From NCBI GenBank assembly GCA_017625465.1, contig JAGAKS010000016.1, forward strand, positions 147,034 through 211,033: a stretch of 64,000 bases of DNA, read 5' to 3'. The DNA is from Clostridia bacterium. Its GTDB lineage: Bacteria > Bacillota > Clostridia > TANB77 > CAG-508. Positions 29,575 through 39,630 of this stretch are shown one piece after another (positions within the stretch are counted from its first letter, which is position 1; every line of letters starts with the position of its first letter). The translations under genes and the position numbers were made by a program. The notes beneath the pieces are model-generated. The model had not been told where the DNA came from, ran no database searches, and saw only the letters and a program-made list of their open reading frames with translations.

Positions 29575-30055
29575 CTTTCATTCCTACTTTTTTATTATAC
29601 ATAGAAAATGCAATTAATATTGCTGATGCTACAAAAATTGTTACTAAAAATGTATTTTTTAAAGTATAATTGCTTCCAGTATTAGGTAATTTACCATTAG
29701 ATTTTGAAGTATCTTTTCCTACTGGTAATGTATTTCTTATTTTTGACCAATCTACTTCGTTTGTAGTGTTAGTTGTATTTGTTGTATTTGTTGTGTTGGC
29801 TGTATTAGTAGTATTTGTATTTGTATCTGTATTAGTATTTGTGTCTGCTGTTGTAGTATTAGTTGTATTAGTATCAGCCGGTGTTGTATTAGTATTAGTA
29901 TCTACATTTTCTGTTGTTGTATTTGTTGGGTCTTCAACTGTTGCATCAACTCTAGTAACAAACAAATTACTTACAGTTGCTAAAACTATTGCTACTGTAA
30001 ATATAACCAAAACTTTTTTAAATCCGCTCATATATAAATCTCCTATCTTATCCAT
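29558..30055 (-). CDS. Small Thr/Asn-rich cell-wall-anchored protein with an LPNTG sorting signal.
   Basis: A signal/TM N-terminus is followed by TNT/TNTT repeats, then GKLPNTGS, a hydrophobic segment and a KK...KR tail. It overlaps the sortase gene by 17 nt, which indicates an operon. Confidence 0.75.
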   Translation of the reverse strand: MDKIGDLYMSGFKKVLVIFTVAIVLATVSNLFVTRVDATVEDPTNTTTENVDTNTNTTPADTNTTNTTTADTNTNTDTNTNTTNTANTTNTTNTTNTTNEVDWSKIRNTLPVGKDTSKSNGKLPNTGSNYTLKNTFLVTIFVASAILIAFSMYNKKVGMKDETKR

Positions 30056-30156
30056 ATATTATAATTTTACAGAATATGACAAAGAATTGCAATAAAATTT
30101 AAGTTACATTTATATTACAAAAGCCTAACACTTTTGTGTTAGGCTAAGTTATGGTT

Positions 30157-32934
30157 CTATTTTAAATTTTCGCTACATCTATGACAAACACCTGGATGTT
30201 CATGATCCTCTCCTACAGTCTCTAAATACATCCAACATCTCTCACATTTTTGACCTGGTGCTTTTTCTACTCTTACTCCAATTTCTACTTCTTCGTCTTC
30301 GTTTCTTCTATTTCTTTGAACCTCAACAGCAGATACAATAAATATTTCAGCTAAGACACTTTCATTTTCTTTTAAGAAATCGTATTCTTCACCTTCTGCA
30401 AATAGTAAAACTTTTGCTTCAAGAGAAAGACCTATTTCTTTATTTGCTCTAGCTTCTTCAAGCTTTTTAGCGACAATATCTTTAACTTTAATTAATCTAG
30501 ACCATTTTAAAGCTATTGCTTCATTTTCATATTTGCTATTTACTTTGGGATAATATTCAAGCATAACACTTTCTGTGTTTTCACCTTTTTTATGTGGCAT
30601 ATAACTCCAAATTTCTTCTGCTGTAAAGCATGTCATTGGAGCTAAAATTCTAACTAAAGCTGATAAAATTTCATACATAGTTGTTTGAGCAGCTCTTCTT
30701 TCTAATGAATTTGGTTTTGATGTATAAAGTCTATCTTTTATAATATCTAGGTAGAAAGCACTCATATCAACTACACAGAATTGATTTATAGCTTGATATG
30801 CATTGTGGAAATCATAACTGTCATAAGCATCTGTACAATCTTTAATTAGCTTATTAAGTTTTGTTAATGCCCATTTATCAATTTCTTGTAAATCTTCATA
30901 AGCAACTGGATTATCAACATCAAAATCGTTAATATTTCCTAAAATATATCTTGCAGTATTTCTTATTTTTCTATAAACTTCTGTAACTTGTTTAATTATA
31001 TTTTTAGAAACACTAACATCTGATTTATAATCTGATGATAATACCCAAAGCCTTAATACATCTGCACCTGATTCTTTTATAATTTCTTGTGGTGCTACAA
31101 CATTTCCAACAGATTTTGACATTTTTCTGCCTTGCTCATCTACTGTATAACCATGTGTTAAAACTTCTTTATAAGGTGCTACACCTTTTGTTGCAACTGA
31201 TGTTAAAAGTGAAGATTGGAACCATCCTCTGTATTGGTCACTTCCCTCTAAATACATATTTGCTGGTGGAAGTCCACGTTCTGCAACAACTGATTCATGT
31301 GTTGAACCAGAATCAAACCAAACATCCATAATATCTGTTTCTTTTTTGAATTCTGTACATCCACAAGCAGAACATTTTGCTCCTTCTGGCATAAGTTCTT
31401 TTTCTGTTAAACCAAACCAAGCATTTGAACCTTGTTCTTTAAATATTTTTTGAATTTTTTCTAAGCTTTCATCTGTAACATATTCTTTTTCACATTCTTT
31501 ACAATAGAAAACAGGTATTGGAACTCCCCAAGTTCTTTGACGAGAAATACACCAATCGTTTCTATCTTCAACCATTTTAGAAATTCTTTCTTCTCCCCAA
31601 GCTGGATACCATTTAACTGTTTTTATTGCATCTAATGTTTCTTTTCTAAATCCATCAACAGAAGCAAACCATTGATTTGTTGCTCTGAATATAACTGGAT
31701 TTTTACATCTCCAGCAATGTGGATATGAGTGATTTACTTTTTGTGCAGCAAGTAAGAAGCCGTTTTCATCTAACCATTTGATAATTTCTTTATCAGATTT
31801 GGCATAATACATATCTTTAAATGGTCCAGCACCTTCGCCTCTTTGAACACCTTTGCTATCAACAGTAACTATAATATCCAAATTATTTTTTAATCCACAC
31901 AAATAGTCTTCTTTACCATAACCAGGAGCTGTATGAACTGCACCTGTACCAGTGCCTAATTCAACTAAAATTGTATCATCACTACCTAAAACAACTACTG
32001 AATCTCTATCTAAGAATGGATGTCTACACATAACACCTTCTAGTTCTGTTCCATCAAATTCTTTTTCTATTTTATATTCTTCAATTTCTGCTATTTTCAT
32101 AACACTTTCTACTAATTCACTAGCCATAATTAGTTTTTCTTTGCCTGTATTTACAATAGCATATTTATAATCTGGTCCAATAGTAATAGCAAGGTTTCCT
32201 GGTAAAGTCCAAGGTGTTGTTGTCCAAATTACAACATAAGTATCTTTTGCATCAAATAATCCTTTACTGTCTTTTACAGGGAATTTAACATAAGCAGTAT
32301 TTGAATTTACATCTTTATATTCAATTTCTGCTTCAGCTAAAGCTGTTTCACAATCAGTACACCAATAAACTGGTTTTAAACCTTTATATATGTATCCTTT
32401 TTGATACATTTTTGAAAACACACCAATTTGTTTTGCTTCCATTTGTGGTTGATATGTTATGTATGGATTTTCCCAATCTCCTAATATACCTAAACGTTTG
32501 AAACCTTCTGTTTGTTTGTCTTTATAATCCATAGTAAATTTTTTACATGTATCTCTAAATTCATTTACTGGTATTGCATCTCTATTTAAACCTAATTTTT
32601 CTATTGCTTTCTTTTCAGTAGGCATTCCATGTGTATCATAACCAGGAATAAATGGTGTGTAAAAACCTTTTAAGTTTTTGTATCTTACAATAGTATCTTT
32701 TAATACTTTATTTAAAGCATGTCCTATATGAATTTCACCATTAGCATAAGGTGGGCCATCATGTAAAACAAAAGGCTCCTTTCCTTCATTTTTCTTTAAC
32801 ATTTTTTCATATAAGCCATTTTCAAAAACTCTTGATTGTGTTTTGGGTTCATTTTCTGGTAAATTTGCTCTCATTGGGAAATCTGTTTTTGGCAAATTTA
32901 ATGTTTGGCTATAATCTTGCTTTTCTTCACTCAT
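30157..32934 (-). CDS. ileS: Isoleucyl-tRNA synthetase.
   Basis: HIGH (HIGHALN) and KMSKS motifs are present, with a C-terminal Zn-finger Cys pair. The length is 925 aa. Confidence 0.95.
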   Translation of the reverse strand: MSEEKQDYSQTLNLPKTDFPMRANLPENEPKTQSRVFENGLYEKMLKKNEGKEPFVLHDGPPYANGEIHIGHALNKVLKDTIVRYKNLKGFYTPFIPGYDTHGMPTEKKAIEKLGLNRDAIPVNEFRDTCKKFTMDYKDKQTEGFKRLGILGDWENPYITYQPQMEAKQIGVFSKMYQKGYIYKGLKPVYWCTDCETALAEAEIEYKDVNSNTAYVKFPVKDSKGLFDAKDTYVVIWTTTPWTLPGNLAITIGPDYKYAIVNTGKEKLIMASELVESVMKIAEIEEYKIEKEFDGTELEGVMCRHPFLDRDSVVVLGSDDTILVELGTGTGAVHTAPGYGKEDYLCGLKNNLDIIVTVDSKGVQRGEGAGPFKDMYYAKSDKEIIKWLDENGFLLAAQKVNHSYPHCWRCKNPVIFRATNQWFASVDGFRKETLDAIKTVKWYPAWGEERISKMVEDRNDWCISRQRTWGVPIPVFYCKECEKEYVTDESLEKIQKIFKEQGSNAWFGLTEKELMPEGAKCSACGCTEFKKETDIMDVWFDSGSTHESVVAERGLPPANMYLEGSDQYRGWFQSSLLTSVATKGVAPYKEVLTHGYTVDEQGRKMSKSVGNVVAPQEIIKESGADVLRLWVLSSDYKSDVSVSKNIIKQVTEVYRKIRNTARYILGNINDFDVDNPVAYEDLQEIDKWALTKLNKLIKDCTDAYDSYDFHNAYQAINQFCVVDMSAFYLDIIKDRLYTSKPNSLERRAAQTTMYEILSALVRILAPMTCFTAEEIWSYMPHKKGENTESVMLEYYPKVNSKYENEAIALKWSRLIKVKDIVAKKLEEARANKEIGLSLEAKVLLFAEGEEYDFLKENESVLAEIFIVSAVEVQRNRRNEDEEVEIGVRVEKAPGQKCERCWMYLETVGEDHEHPGVCHRCSENLK

Positions 32935-32949
32935 AACATTTATCTCCTT

Positions 32950-33230
32950 TTCTTTTTATTTACAAAAAACAAAAAGGTCACTCGCCTATAGGACGAATGA
33001 CCGTGTTACCACCTAAATTCAAAAATTATTTAATAATAATTTTCCTCTAATTTCTTTAACGCAGAATTACGAATATGTTTACTTTAATTTTCAACATATT
33101 AGCTCTAAGGTGATAATAAATAAGTTGTTTTCTGCTAAAATCTCACCAACCTTTAGCTCTCTTTAGATACTTCTTATTTACCGTGTCCTTGTCTTTGCTT
33201 TTTAATATTTACATAAATATATTACCACTT
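32950..33230 (-). promoter_or_regulatory. T-box riboswitch leader of ileS.
   Basis: The minus strand reads AATTTAGGTGGTAACACGG, which matches the T-box consensus. A terminator hairpin GGTCATTCGTCCTATAGGCGAGTGACC at 32974..33000 is followed by a U-run. A promoter TTGACA-18-TAATAT lies at about 33212..33246. Confidence 0.7.
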
Positions 33231-33250
33231 TTAACTTTAATTTGTCAATA

Positions 33251-33946
33251 TTAATCTTGCAAATCTTCTATTTCTTGCACTTTTGTTATATTGTTAATTG
33301 AAAGTAAATCTGATAATAATCTGTTTTTGTTTATTTCATCTCTGTGCTTTCCAGTAATTTTTATGTAATTTATTGAATTTTCTTCTTCAATCATTATTTC
33401 TTTAACTTCAATTTTATTTCTATCTAAAAATATTTGTACCTCATTCATAACTTCTTTTGGAGTAGGAGTTTCTACATGTAAATTTATTGTATGGAAATGT
33501 CCTACTTTTTCTGAAATCGAACTTGAATGTTTAAGTACTACATAAACAACAGCCGTAGCTATAATTCCACTAAGATATAGTCCAGCGCCTACGCACAATC
33601 CTATACATGTTATAGCAAGCAAACTTGCTGCAGTTGTAAGACCTTTAACATTAAAACCATCTTTTAAAACAGTTCCTGCTCCTAAGAAACCAATACCTGA
33701 TAATAATTGTGCTGGAATTCTACTAAAGTCTGTACTGCCAGATATTTCCGCTATTTTATGTGCACACACTACTGTAAGTACAGCACTCATACCTACTAAT
33801 ACGTGTGTTCTAAAACCTGCTGGTTTACTTAATGCAGCTCTTTCCAATCCTATAAAGCCAGCCAATATGTAAATTAAAATTAATTTAATTAGAACGTCTA
33901 TTGGTTCTAATTGTATAAAGTTTTGTAATAAATAAATGAAATTCAA
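33251..33946 (-). CDS. MgtC/SapB family membrane protein.
   Basis: An MgtC-like N-terminal TM core (GLERAALSKPAGFRTHVLVG) is followed by a soluble C-terminal domain. Confidence 0.7.
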   Translation of the reverse strand: MNFIYLLQNFIQLEPIDVLIKLILIYILAGFIGLERAALSKPAGFRTHVLVGMSAVLTVVCAHKIAEISGSTDFSRIPAQLLSGIGFLGAGTVLKDGFNVKGLTTAASLLAITCIGLCVGAGLYLSGIIATAVVYVVLKHSSSISEKVGHFHTINLHVETPTPKEVMNEVQIFLDRNKIEVKEIMIEEENSINYIKITGKHRDEINKNRLLSDLLSINNITKVQEIEDLQD

Positions 33947-34011
33947 TTTTGCCTCCTCTTTTCTTCTTTTGTTTGTTTTTATTATATATTTTATCTAAAA
34001 AATTTACAATG

Positions 34012-34134
34012 TTATTTTTTAGATTTAGTCATTTTTTCCATTTTTTTCGCCTGTTCTTTTTGCTTATCTATTGGTAGCCAAACATCAAATGTACAAACAA
34101 ATTCACCATATTTTGTTGTTTCTTCTTCATTCAT
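34012..34134 (-). CDS. Possible 40-aa protein (MNEEETTKYGEFVCTFDVWLPIDKQKEQAKKMEKMTKSKK).
   Basis: RBS AAAGGAG lies 8 nt before the ATG. It is under 60 aa and therefore not in the ORF track. Confidence 0.3.
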   Translation of the reverse strand: MNEEETTKYGEFVCTFDVWLPIDKQKEQAKKMEKMTKSKK

Positions 34135-34181
34135 AATATTCTCCTTTCGAAAATATTATGCACGAAAAAAATATAAATATT

Positions 34182-35042
34182 CTAAATAGGATTTACATGT
34201 ATAACGGTTAAGTATACTTCATCAATCTCCTTGTCAATTTCTTTTTCTAATTTATCAGCAATTTCATGGCTTTCAAAAGTAGTCATATTTCCATCTACAA
34301 AAATAGAAAATGAAATTTGGTATTGATATCCAACTGGAGTTGCGTTAAAGTGAGTTACTTTTTGTATTTCTTTATGCTTTTTGATAATTTCATATACTTC
34401 TTGTTTAGTTCTTTCATCAAAACATTTATCCATTAACACATCGTAACTTTGTATAAATATTTTAGCTGCTGAGATTAAAATCCATGTAGATATTCCAATA
34501 CCTACAACGCCATCAATCCAATATATTCCAGCTAATGAAAGTAAGCAAGAGATTAAGTTACATGAGGTAACAAAACAATCATTTCTATGATCCTCTGAGT
34601 TTGCTTTTATTAACAGATTATTTAATTTTTTAGCCATTCTATTTGTATAAATAAATAGTAAAAACTTAACGCAAATAGTGACAATACATACTACCACAAG
34701 CCACATTGAAAATTCATATTTTGTATGATAAATCAAACTTAAAATTGCATCTTTTATTATAACAAATGACATTAAAATCATAGCAATACTTATAAGCATA
34801 GAAAATATATATTCTGCTTTTCCATGACCTAAATTATGATCTTCATCATAAGGTTTGCTGGCTATTTTATTACCTATAAAAGTTAAAAGTGAAGAAAATA
34901 TATCTCCCGCGCTATTAAAGCTATCTGCTATCATTGCTTGGCTTCCACTCATAAAACCTACAATTGCTTTAATTACAAGCAAAAATATATTTCCTATTAT
35001 TCCTAAAATACTAGCTATTTTTACACTTTTAAATCTATCCAT
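34182..35042 (-). CDS. Cation diffusion facilitator (CDF) family metal efflux transporter.
   Basis: A TM domain with His/Asp metal-site residues is followed by a C-terminal cytoplasmic domain. The length is about 286 aa. Confidence 0.7.
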   Translation of the reverse strand: MDRFKSVKIASILGIIGNIFLLVIKAIVGFMSGSQAMIADSFNSAGDIFSSLLTFIGNKIASKPYDEDHNLGHGKAEYIFSMLISIAMILMSFVIIKDAILSLIYHTKYEFSMWLVVVCIVTICVKFLLFIYTNRMAKKLNNLLIKANSEDHRNDCFVTSCNLISCLLSLAGIYWIDGVVGIGISTWILISAAKIFIQSYDVLMDKCFDERTKQEVYEIIKKHKEIQKVTHFNATPVGYQYQISFSIFVDGNMTTFESHEIADKLEKEIDKEIDEVYLTVIHVNPI

Positions 35043-35193
35043 ATAAATACCTCGAATATTTGATAACTATCTTATTATATTAACACAAAAATACATATGT
35101 ATCAATAGCAAAAATCATTTTTATTTATTAAAATAAAAACAACAGAGCTACTAACGAGAATCGTTAGTAGCCTTTGCATAAATGAGAATTACA

Positions 35194-35823
35194 TTAAATT
35201 AAAGAAACGTTTTCGAGAATTATTGCTGGAATTTCAGGTAAGCAATGATCCCTTGCAAAAAGTACACAATTGTAGCCATCAAGCAACCGCATATTTTTGT
35301 CCAAAATAACGGGTCGTGGCAATCTGTGATACTTGTTATGGAACTCTAAAATACGATGATATCGTTTACCGCGAAGTTCTGTGCTGGCAAGTTGATAATC
35401 AATAGACCATACATCAACCATTGTAAACCATTTCTTTGGCAGAACAAATCCTCTTTCATGAAAAATATAGTTGCGATTTTCTAGCACTTCTTTGCGGTAC
35501 TGCTTTTGCTCTTTAGGCCTCAACTTTAAAAAGTGAAAATATTCATCACGAGTTAAATTTCCCTTTTCTGAGTTACAAGGTGAACAAGATGGAAAAAGAT
35601 TATTAACAATACTAATGCCACCAGCGTCCCTTGGGTAAGCATGGTCAATAGTTCTTGTTTCCTTCCTAAGCTTTTTATCGCAATAATAGCAACGGTGGTT
35701 CTTAGTTGCGTATGTGAGCTCGTACATTAAATCCTCAAAACGTACATTCTCATAAATAAGCAATTCTCCATTTATAACCTCTGCATATCGCATCCGAAAT
35801 TTGTTGGGTAATTCCATAATCAT
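35194..35823 (-). CDS. HNH endonuclease domain protein.
   Basis: The HNH motif reads CYYCDKKL...HAYPRDAGG...N...CSPCNSEKG. The RBS GGAGGG supports a start at MIMELPNKF. A 60-nt hand count gives about 37% G+C, higher than the neighbouring sequence. Confidence 0.7.
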   Translation of the reverse strand: MIMELPNKFRMRYAEVINGELLIYENVRFEDLMYELTYATKNHRCYYCDKKLRKETRTIDHAYPRDAGGISIVNNLFPSCSPCNSEKGNLTRDEYFHFLKLRPKEQKQYRKEVLENRNYIFHERGFVLPKKWFTMVDVWSIDYQLASTELRGKRYHRILEFHNKYHRLPRPVILDKNMRLLDGYNCVLFARDHCLPEIPAIILENVSLI

Positions 35824-35930
35824 AGTACATCCCTCCAATAAAAAAATGCAAAGCATCGTTTATAAGTGTCTTTAATAGTATATCATAAAATGTTTGATTT
35901 TTCAAGCAAAATATTGATTTCTATGAAAAA

Positions 35931-36692
35931 CTACCTTTTTAATCCATTCAAATATTGCTTTTGTTCTGGAGTTATTCTATAACTTTCTCTAGCTTTTTGA
36001 ATAGTTTTATTATGAACCCATTTATCTAGTTTATTTTCCTCAATGTATATAATAGTTTTCTCCCATTGTTTTGCTAATGCCGTTGCAAAAAACCACGCTA
36101 TCATCATTTGAACATAGTATTCTTCTGAATGAATATTAGCAGGAATTTCTAAATATTCTGGTTTAAAATCTTCGTCAAGGAAATGACTCATTAACATTTC
36201 TATACCAAATCTACAAGTATATATTTCTTTAGATGCAGACCACAATTTTATTTTTTCAATTAATTTTTATTTGTTTTTATTAAATATTTTGGGAGACATT
36301 ATGTCACACACTGCCCAATTATCTACATAAGGTAAAAACTTATCTACTTCTTTTATACAAATATCAAAATCTTTAATTTCTGAAATTAATAACCCATGCA
36401 ACATATTTTCATCATAATATTCATGTGGTAGTACTTTTAAAAATAGTTTTGCTTCTTCATCTTTTATATATTGTTTTGCTAATTTTCTTACTTCTGGCAC
36501 TCTAACACCAATAAATTTTTCTTTAGAAACAGTAGGCGTTAATTTACTTTGAAATTCAGCATATTCTTTATCTTGTAATTCAAATAATTTATTTAATATT
36601 TCCATAACTTTAATTCCTTTTATTTTGTAAATTTTCTGCTTTTTTAGTCTGCTTTTCTTTTTCACTATACCATTATTAAATAATTGGTTCAA
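35931..36692 (-). pseudogene. DNA alkylation repair enzyme (AlkC/AlkD-like HEAT-repeat glycosylase family) split into two frames, 36267..36692 and 35931..36245.
   Basis: Consecutive N-terminal and C-terminal fragments lie in different frames and are separated by a stop. This may be a frameshift or a sequencing error. Confidence 0.45.
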
Positions 36693-36726
36693 TAAAATAA
36701 CAAAATTTTCTTCAAAATTAGTTGTT

Positions 36727-37713
36727 TTAACAAATAGTTAAATATTTTTGTGGTATGAATACTTTATCTAGTGTTTTTTGTCTTACTGCATTTGTTATTA
36801 TTTCTATAATACTACTTGGATTTTTCTTGATATAGCTTTTCAATTCCTTATTATCTATTATCAATTCATTGCATATTTCTTCATATACTTGATTTATTAT
36901 ATTCACAACTTTGCTCTTATCTTTATTTTCAAGCATTAAATATATTTCATTCAATTCAGATATAGAAATGCATAAATCTTGTATATTTCTTTTCACTAAT
37001 TTACAAGCAATTATTTCTAGTAGCACTACCTCAAAAATATTAATAATTAAATCTTTATAATCTTGTGAATATCCATATAGTAAATACTTTATTTTTTCTT
37101 CAGAAAATTTTTTACAAAATAGATTTTCTAAATATATTGAGCTCAAATATTCTTTTATAAACTCGACTCCTTCAAGTTTTCCTATTAAATTATTATATAA
37201 CGGATAATCGGCTGTTATTTTCATATCTTGTGCTTTAAAATCTGGGTCATATATTTTTAGGAACCCTTGAATTCCGCCAATTATTGTATCATTATAAGTA
37301 TCATTTTCGATGTTCAATTTGTTTTCTTTTACTCTAATATACATTATTCTAATTATATTTAGCATTCTATCTATCTTTTTTCTTCCTTCTCGATATGCTA
37401 TTTTTACACCTTGTCCTTTAATATTCTTTACAGCCTCATCTGGATTTTTAAATGATTTTAAATATATGCTTATTGTATAAATATTAGAATTCGATATATC
37501 TTCCAGAATTTCTTTTCTAATAGAACTACTATCTAATCCGTTATATTTATATACAATTTCATCTAGCAACTGTAAAATCTGTATTTGTAAATTCAAAATA
37601 TCAGTCTCTGTAATCATTTTTTCTTCATAAGCTGCTTCTATTAAACTATTAAAATAGTTTTTTTCATCTAAGTTTTTTCTTTTTATGGTACTGATAATAT
37701 CAATTTCATTCAT
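36727..37713 (-). CDS. Hypothetical protein of 328 aa.
   Basis: It is an ORF only and is tightly linked to the next gene. Confidence 0.5.
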   Translation of the reverse strand: MNEIDIISTIKRKNLDEKNYFNSLIEAAYEEKMITETDILNLQIQILQLLDEIVYKYNGLDSSSIRKEILEDISNSNIYTISIYLKSFKNPDEAVKNIKGQGVKIAYREGRKKIDRMLNIIRIMYIRVKENKLNIENDTYNDTIIGGIQGFLKIYDPDFKAQDMKITADYPLYNNLIGKLEGVEFIKEYLSSIYLENLFCKKFSEEKIKYLLYGYSQDYKDLIINIFEVVLLEIIACKLVKRNIQDLCISISELNEIYLMLENKDKSKVVNIINQVYEEICNELIIDNKELKSYIKKNPSSIIEIITNAVRQKTLDKVFIPQKYLTIC

Positions 37714-37729
37714 TATCTGTTATTATAAT

Positions 37730-38494
37730 TTATTTTGTTCTCTCATTTTCATCTTTTTGTATATTTTCTAATTCTTTTTCTTTTATTTGAGTTTTAAAAC
37801 ATTGTGCAAAATTAACAAAATATTCTTCCACCTCTTCAGCTGTAGTATGTTCATCGACTGGCATTCGCAAAAATACGGCCTCTGTAGAACTATCTGTCCA
37901 AGGATATAATAGAACAATATGTCTTTTTTCAAATTCAATTAATTTTTCTTCAACTTCTATATTTCGAGGAATTTCTTCTTCACTTAAAATTGTTCTTAAA
38001 AAATCATAATCATATTTTCCTATTCTTAAAGAAAATTCTATATTACCATCCATTTCTGTAGGATGTACAAACCAAATTGCTTTTTCGCCTACTTTTTCTC
38101 CATCTTTTCCAATTCGTCCTTCAAGCTCAAATAATAAATCTTTATTCTCATCAGATAACGTATTAAAATTAAGCATTATCCATGCATAACCATTACCTGC
38201 TTCTAAAAATAAATGATTCTCAAATAATTTATCAAAACTTCCATATACATCTTCTTTTTCTATTCTTTTTTCGCCATCTCTTAGAACATTATTTTTATTA
38301 GCACTGCTCATTACTGTTTCTATTCCTTTTTCTTTAAAAACTTTGCAGGCTTTTCTTAATGGTAATTCTATTATTTTATCTATTATATCAACTTTACTAT
38401 CTTGTTGTAATAGATTAACTGCTGGTTCATTGATTGGTTCAATTTCTTTTATTAGCATTAAACATCTCCTTTTTAATGTTTTCGTTCTAATCAA
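37730..38494 (-). CDS. Hypothetical protein of 254 aa.
   Basis: It is an ORF only. Confidence 0.5.
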   Translation of the reverse strand: MIRTKTLKRRCLMLIKEIEPINEPAVNLLQQDSKVDIIDKIIELPLRKACKVFKEKGIETVMSSANKNNVLRDGEKRIEKEDVYGSFDKLFENHLFLEAGNGYAWIMLNFNTLSDENKDLLFELEGRIGKDGEKVGEKAIWFVHPTEMDGNIEFSLRIGKYDYDFLRTILSEEEIPRNIEVEEKLIEFEKRHIVLLYPWTDSSTEAVFLRMPVDEHTTAEEVEEYFVNFAQCFKTQIKEKELENIQKDENERTK

Positions 38495-38616
38495 GTAAAC
38501 TTTTTATATTTTCATAACTCTCTACTTTAATATTGATATTTTTTGATAATTCCTCTGCATAAAGTATAGAATTTATATAAATAGTAATGAAAATGTTAAC
38601 TTGTTCAAATATAATT

Positions 38617-38952
38617 TTAATCCATTAAAAAAGTTGGATTCATATATTTATAGCCCGATGTTATTTGATTTTGTGGAATAAAATCTTCTTTTCCTATAAT
38701 TACTTTTAATTCTTCCATATTTACTGGTTTATATATACAACTTAAATAATCCATTAACCTAAACAATCTAGTTCTATTTGAAAATCTAAAAAAAATATTT
38801 CTGTTAAAATCAATATCATAAATATAATCTTTGTTTTCAATCTCATCATCATAATCAAAAATTATAAAATTTTCATTTGAATTAGAAATATCTTTTATTG
38901 TATATGGTGTAAAACACCACATATTGTAATCCTCCATTGCAGAGTATGACAT
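38617..38952 (-). CDS. Hypothetical protein of 111 aa.
   Basis: It is an ORF only. Confidence 0.35.
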   Translation of the reverse strand: MSYSAMEDYNMWCFTPYTIKDISNSNENFIIFDYDDEIENKDYIYDIDFNRNIFFRFSNRTRLFRLMDYLSCIYKPVNMEELKVIIGKEDFIPQNQITSGYKYMNPTFLMD

Positions 38953-38989
38953 TCTATCTTCACAAGTTCTTAATACTCTTTCAAACTCT

Positions 38990-39235
38990 TCATCTTCCTT
39001 TTAATTCATTAATCGAGTTTTCTTTTTTAAATACAATTCTTTGTGGTTTTTCTTTGTATTGTTCGTTATTAAAACTTTGATACTTACCTTCATATTCTTT
39101 TTCATCTAATTCCACTGCTTGTCTTTTGCTTTCTATGATTTTCATTTCATTATTCTTTTGATATAATATGGCTATAATAACGCAAACAAATACTATCGCA
39201 ATGACTATGATAAAATATTTAATATATTTTTTCAT
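38990..39235 (-). CDS. Small membrane protein of 81 aa.
   Basis: An N-terminal TM helix is followed by a charged C-terminus. Confidence 0.35.
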   Translation of the reverse strand: MKKYIKYFIIVIAIVFVCVIIAILYQKNNEMKIIESKRQAVELDEKEYEGKYQSFNNEQYKEKPQRIVFKKENSINELKGR

Positions 39236-39595
39236 ATATAATCTCCTCTTTAAATTATTATCGAACTCATTATATCATAATCATTATATATTTGTGAATG
39301 CTTATCACAGCAAAGAACATTGTAATCTATTGACTTTATTTAAAATTCATAGTAAAATAAAAATAAGAAATGGAGAAACCACAAGATGTGGTTTGCCGAT
39401 TATATGTAAAAAACACATTGAACCGCCAAGTTACAGATGTGTTTTTTTATTGTCTATTTACTCAAAATTATAACCAGTATAATTAAGGCAAATACTATAA
39501 TAGTTTCAACAACTAAGCCAAACAAAAGTAAGTAAATTATTGCTAACATACCATTATGCAAGTCTTATGTAGACCGAATTAGCAAACCTTACAGG

Positions 39596-39628
39596 CATAA
39601 GAAAAAGCGAGTTTTACAACTCGCTTTT
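39596..39628 (-). terminator. Terminator downstream of tRNA-Leu.
   Basis: Hairpin AAGCGAGTT-GTAA-AACTCGCTT plus a T-run on the minus strand. Confidence 0.7.
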
Positions 39629-39630
39629 AA

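Noticed and set aside
29730-29930. A short-period DNA repeat array that superficially resembles a CRISPR or tandem array.
   Set aside because: The period is 6-9 nt, with no spacers or 25-40-nt direct repeats. It lies inside a coding sequence and encodes the TNT repeats. It is not a CRISPR.
29670-30095. Plus-strand 141-aa ORF (VLVVFVVFVV...).
   Set aside because: It is a mirror-frame translation of the Thr/Asn-repeat LPNTG gene on the minus strand. The poly-Val/Phe product is a repeat artefact.
39168-39473. Plus-strand 101-aa ORF in the tRNA-Leu-proximal intergenic region.
   Set aside because: It has no RBS, overlaps the 38990..39235 minus-strand gene and gives an Ile/Tyr/Leu low-complexity product, so it is probably spurious.
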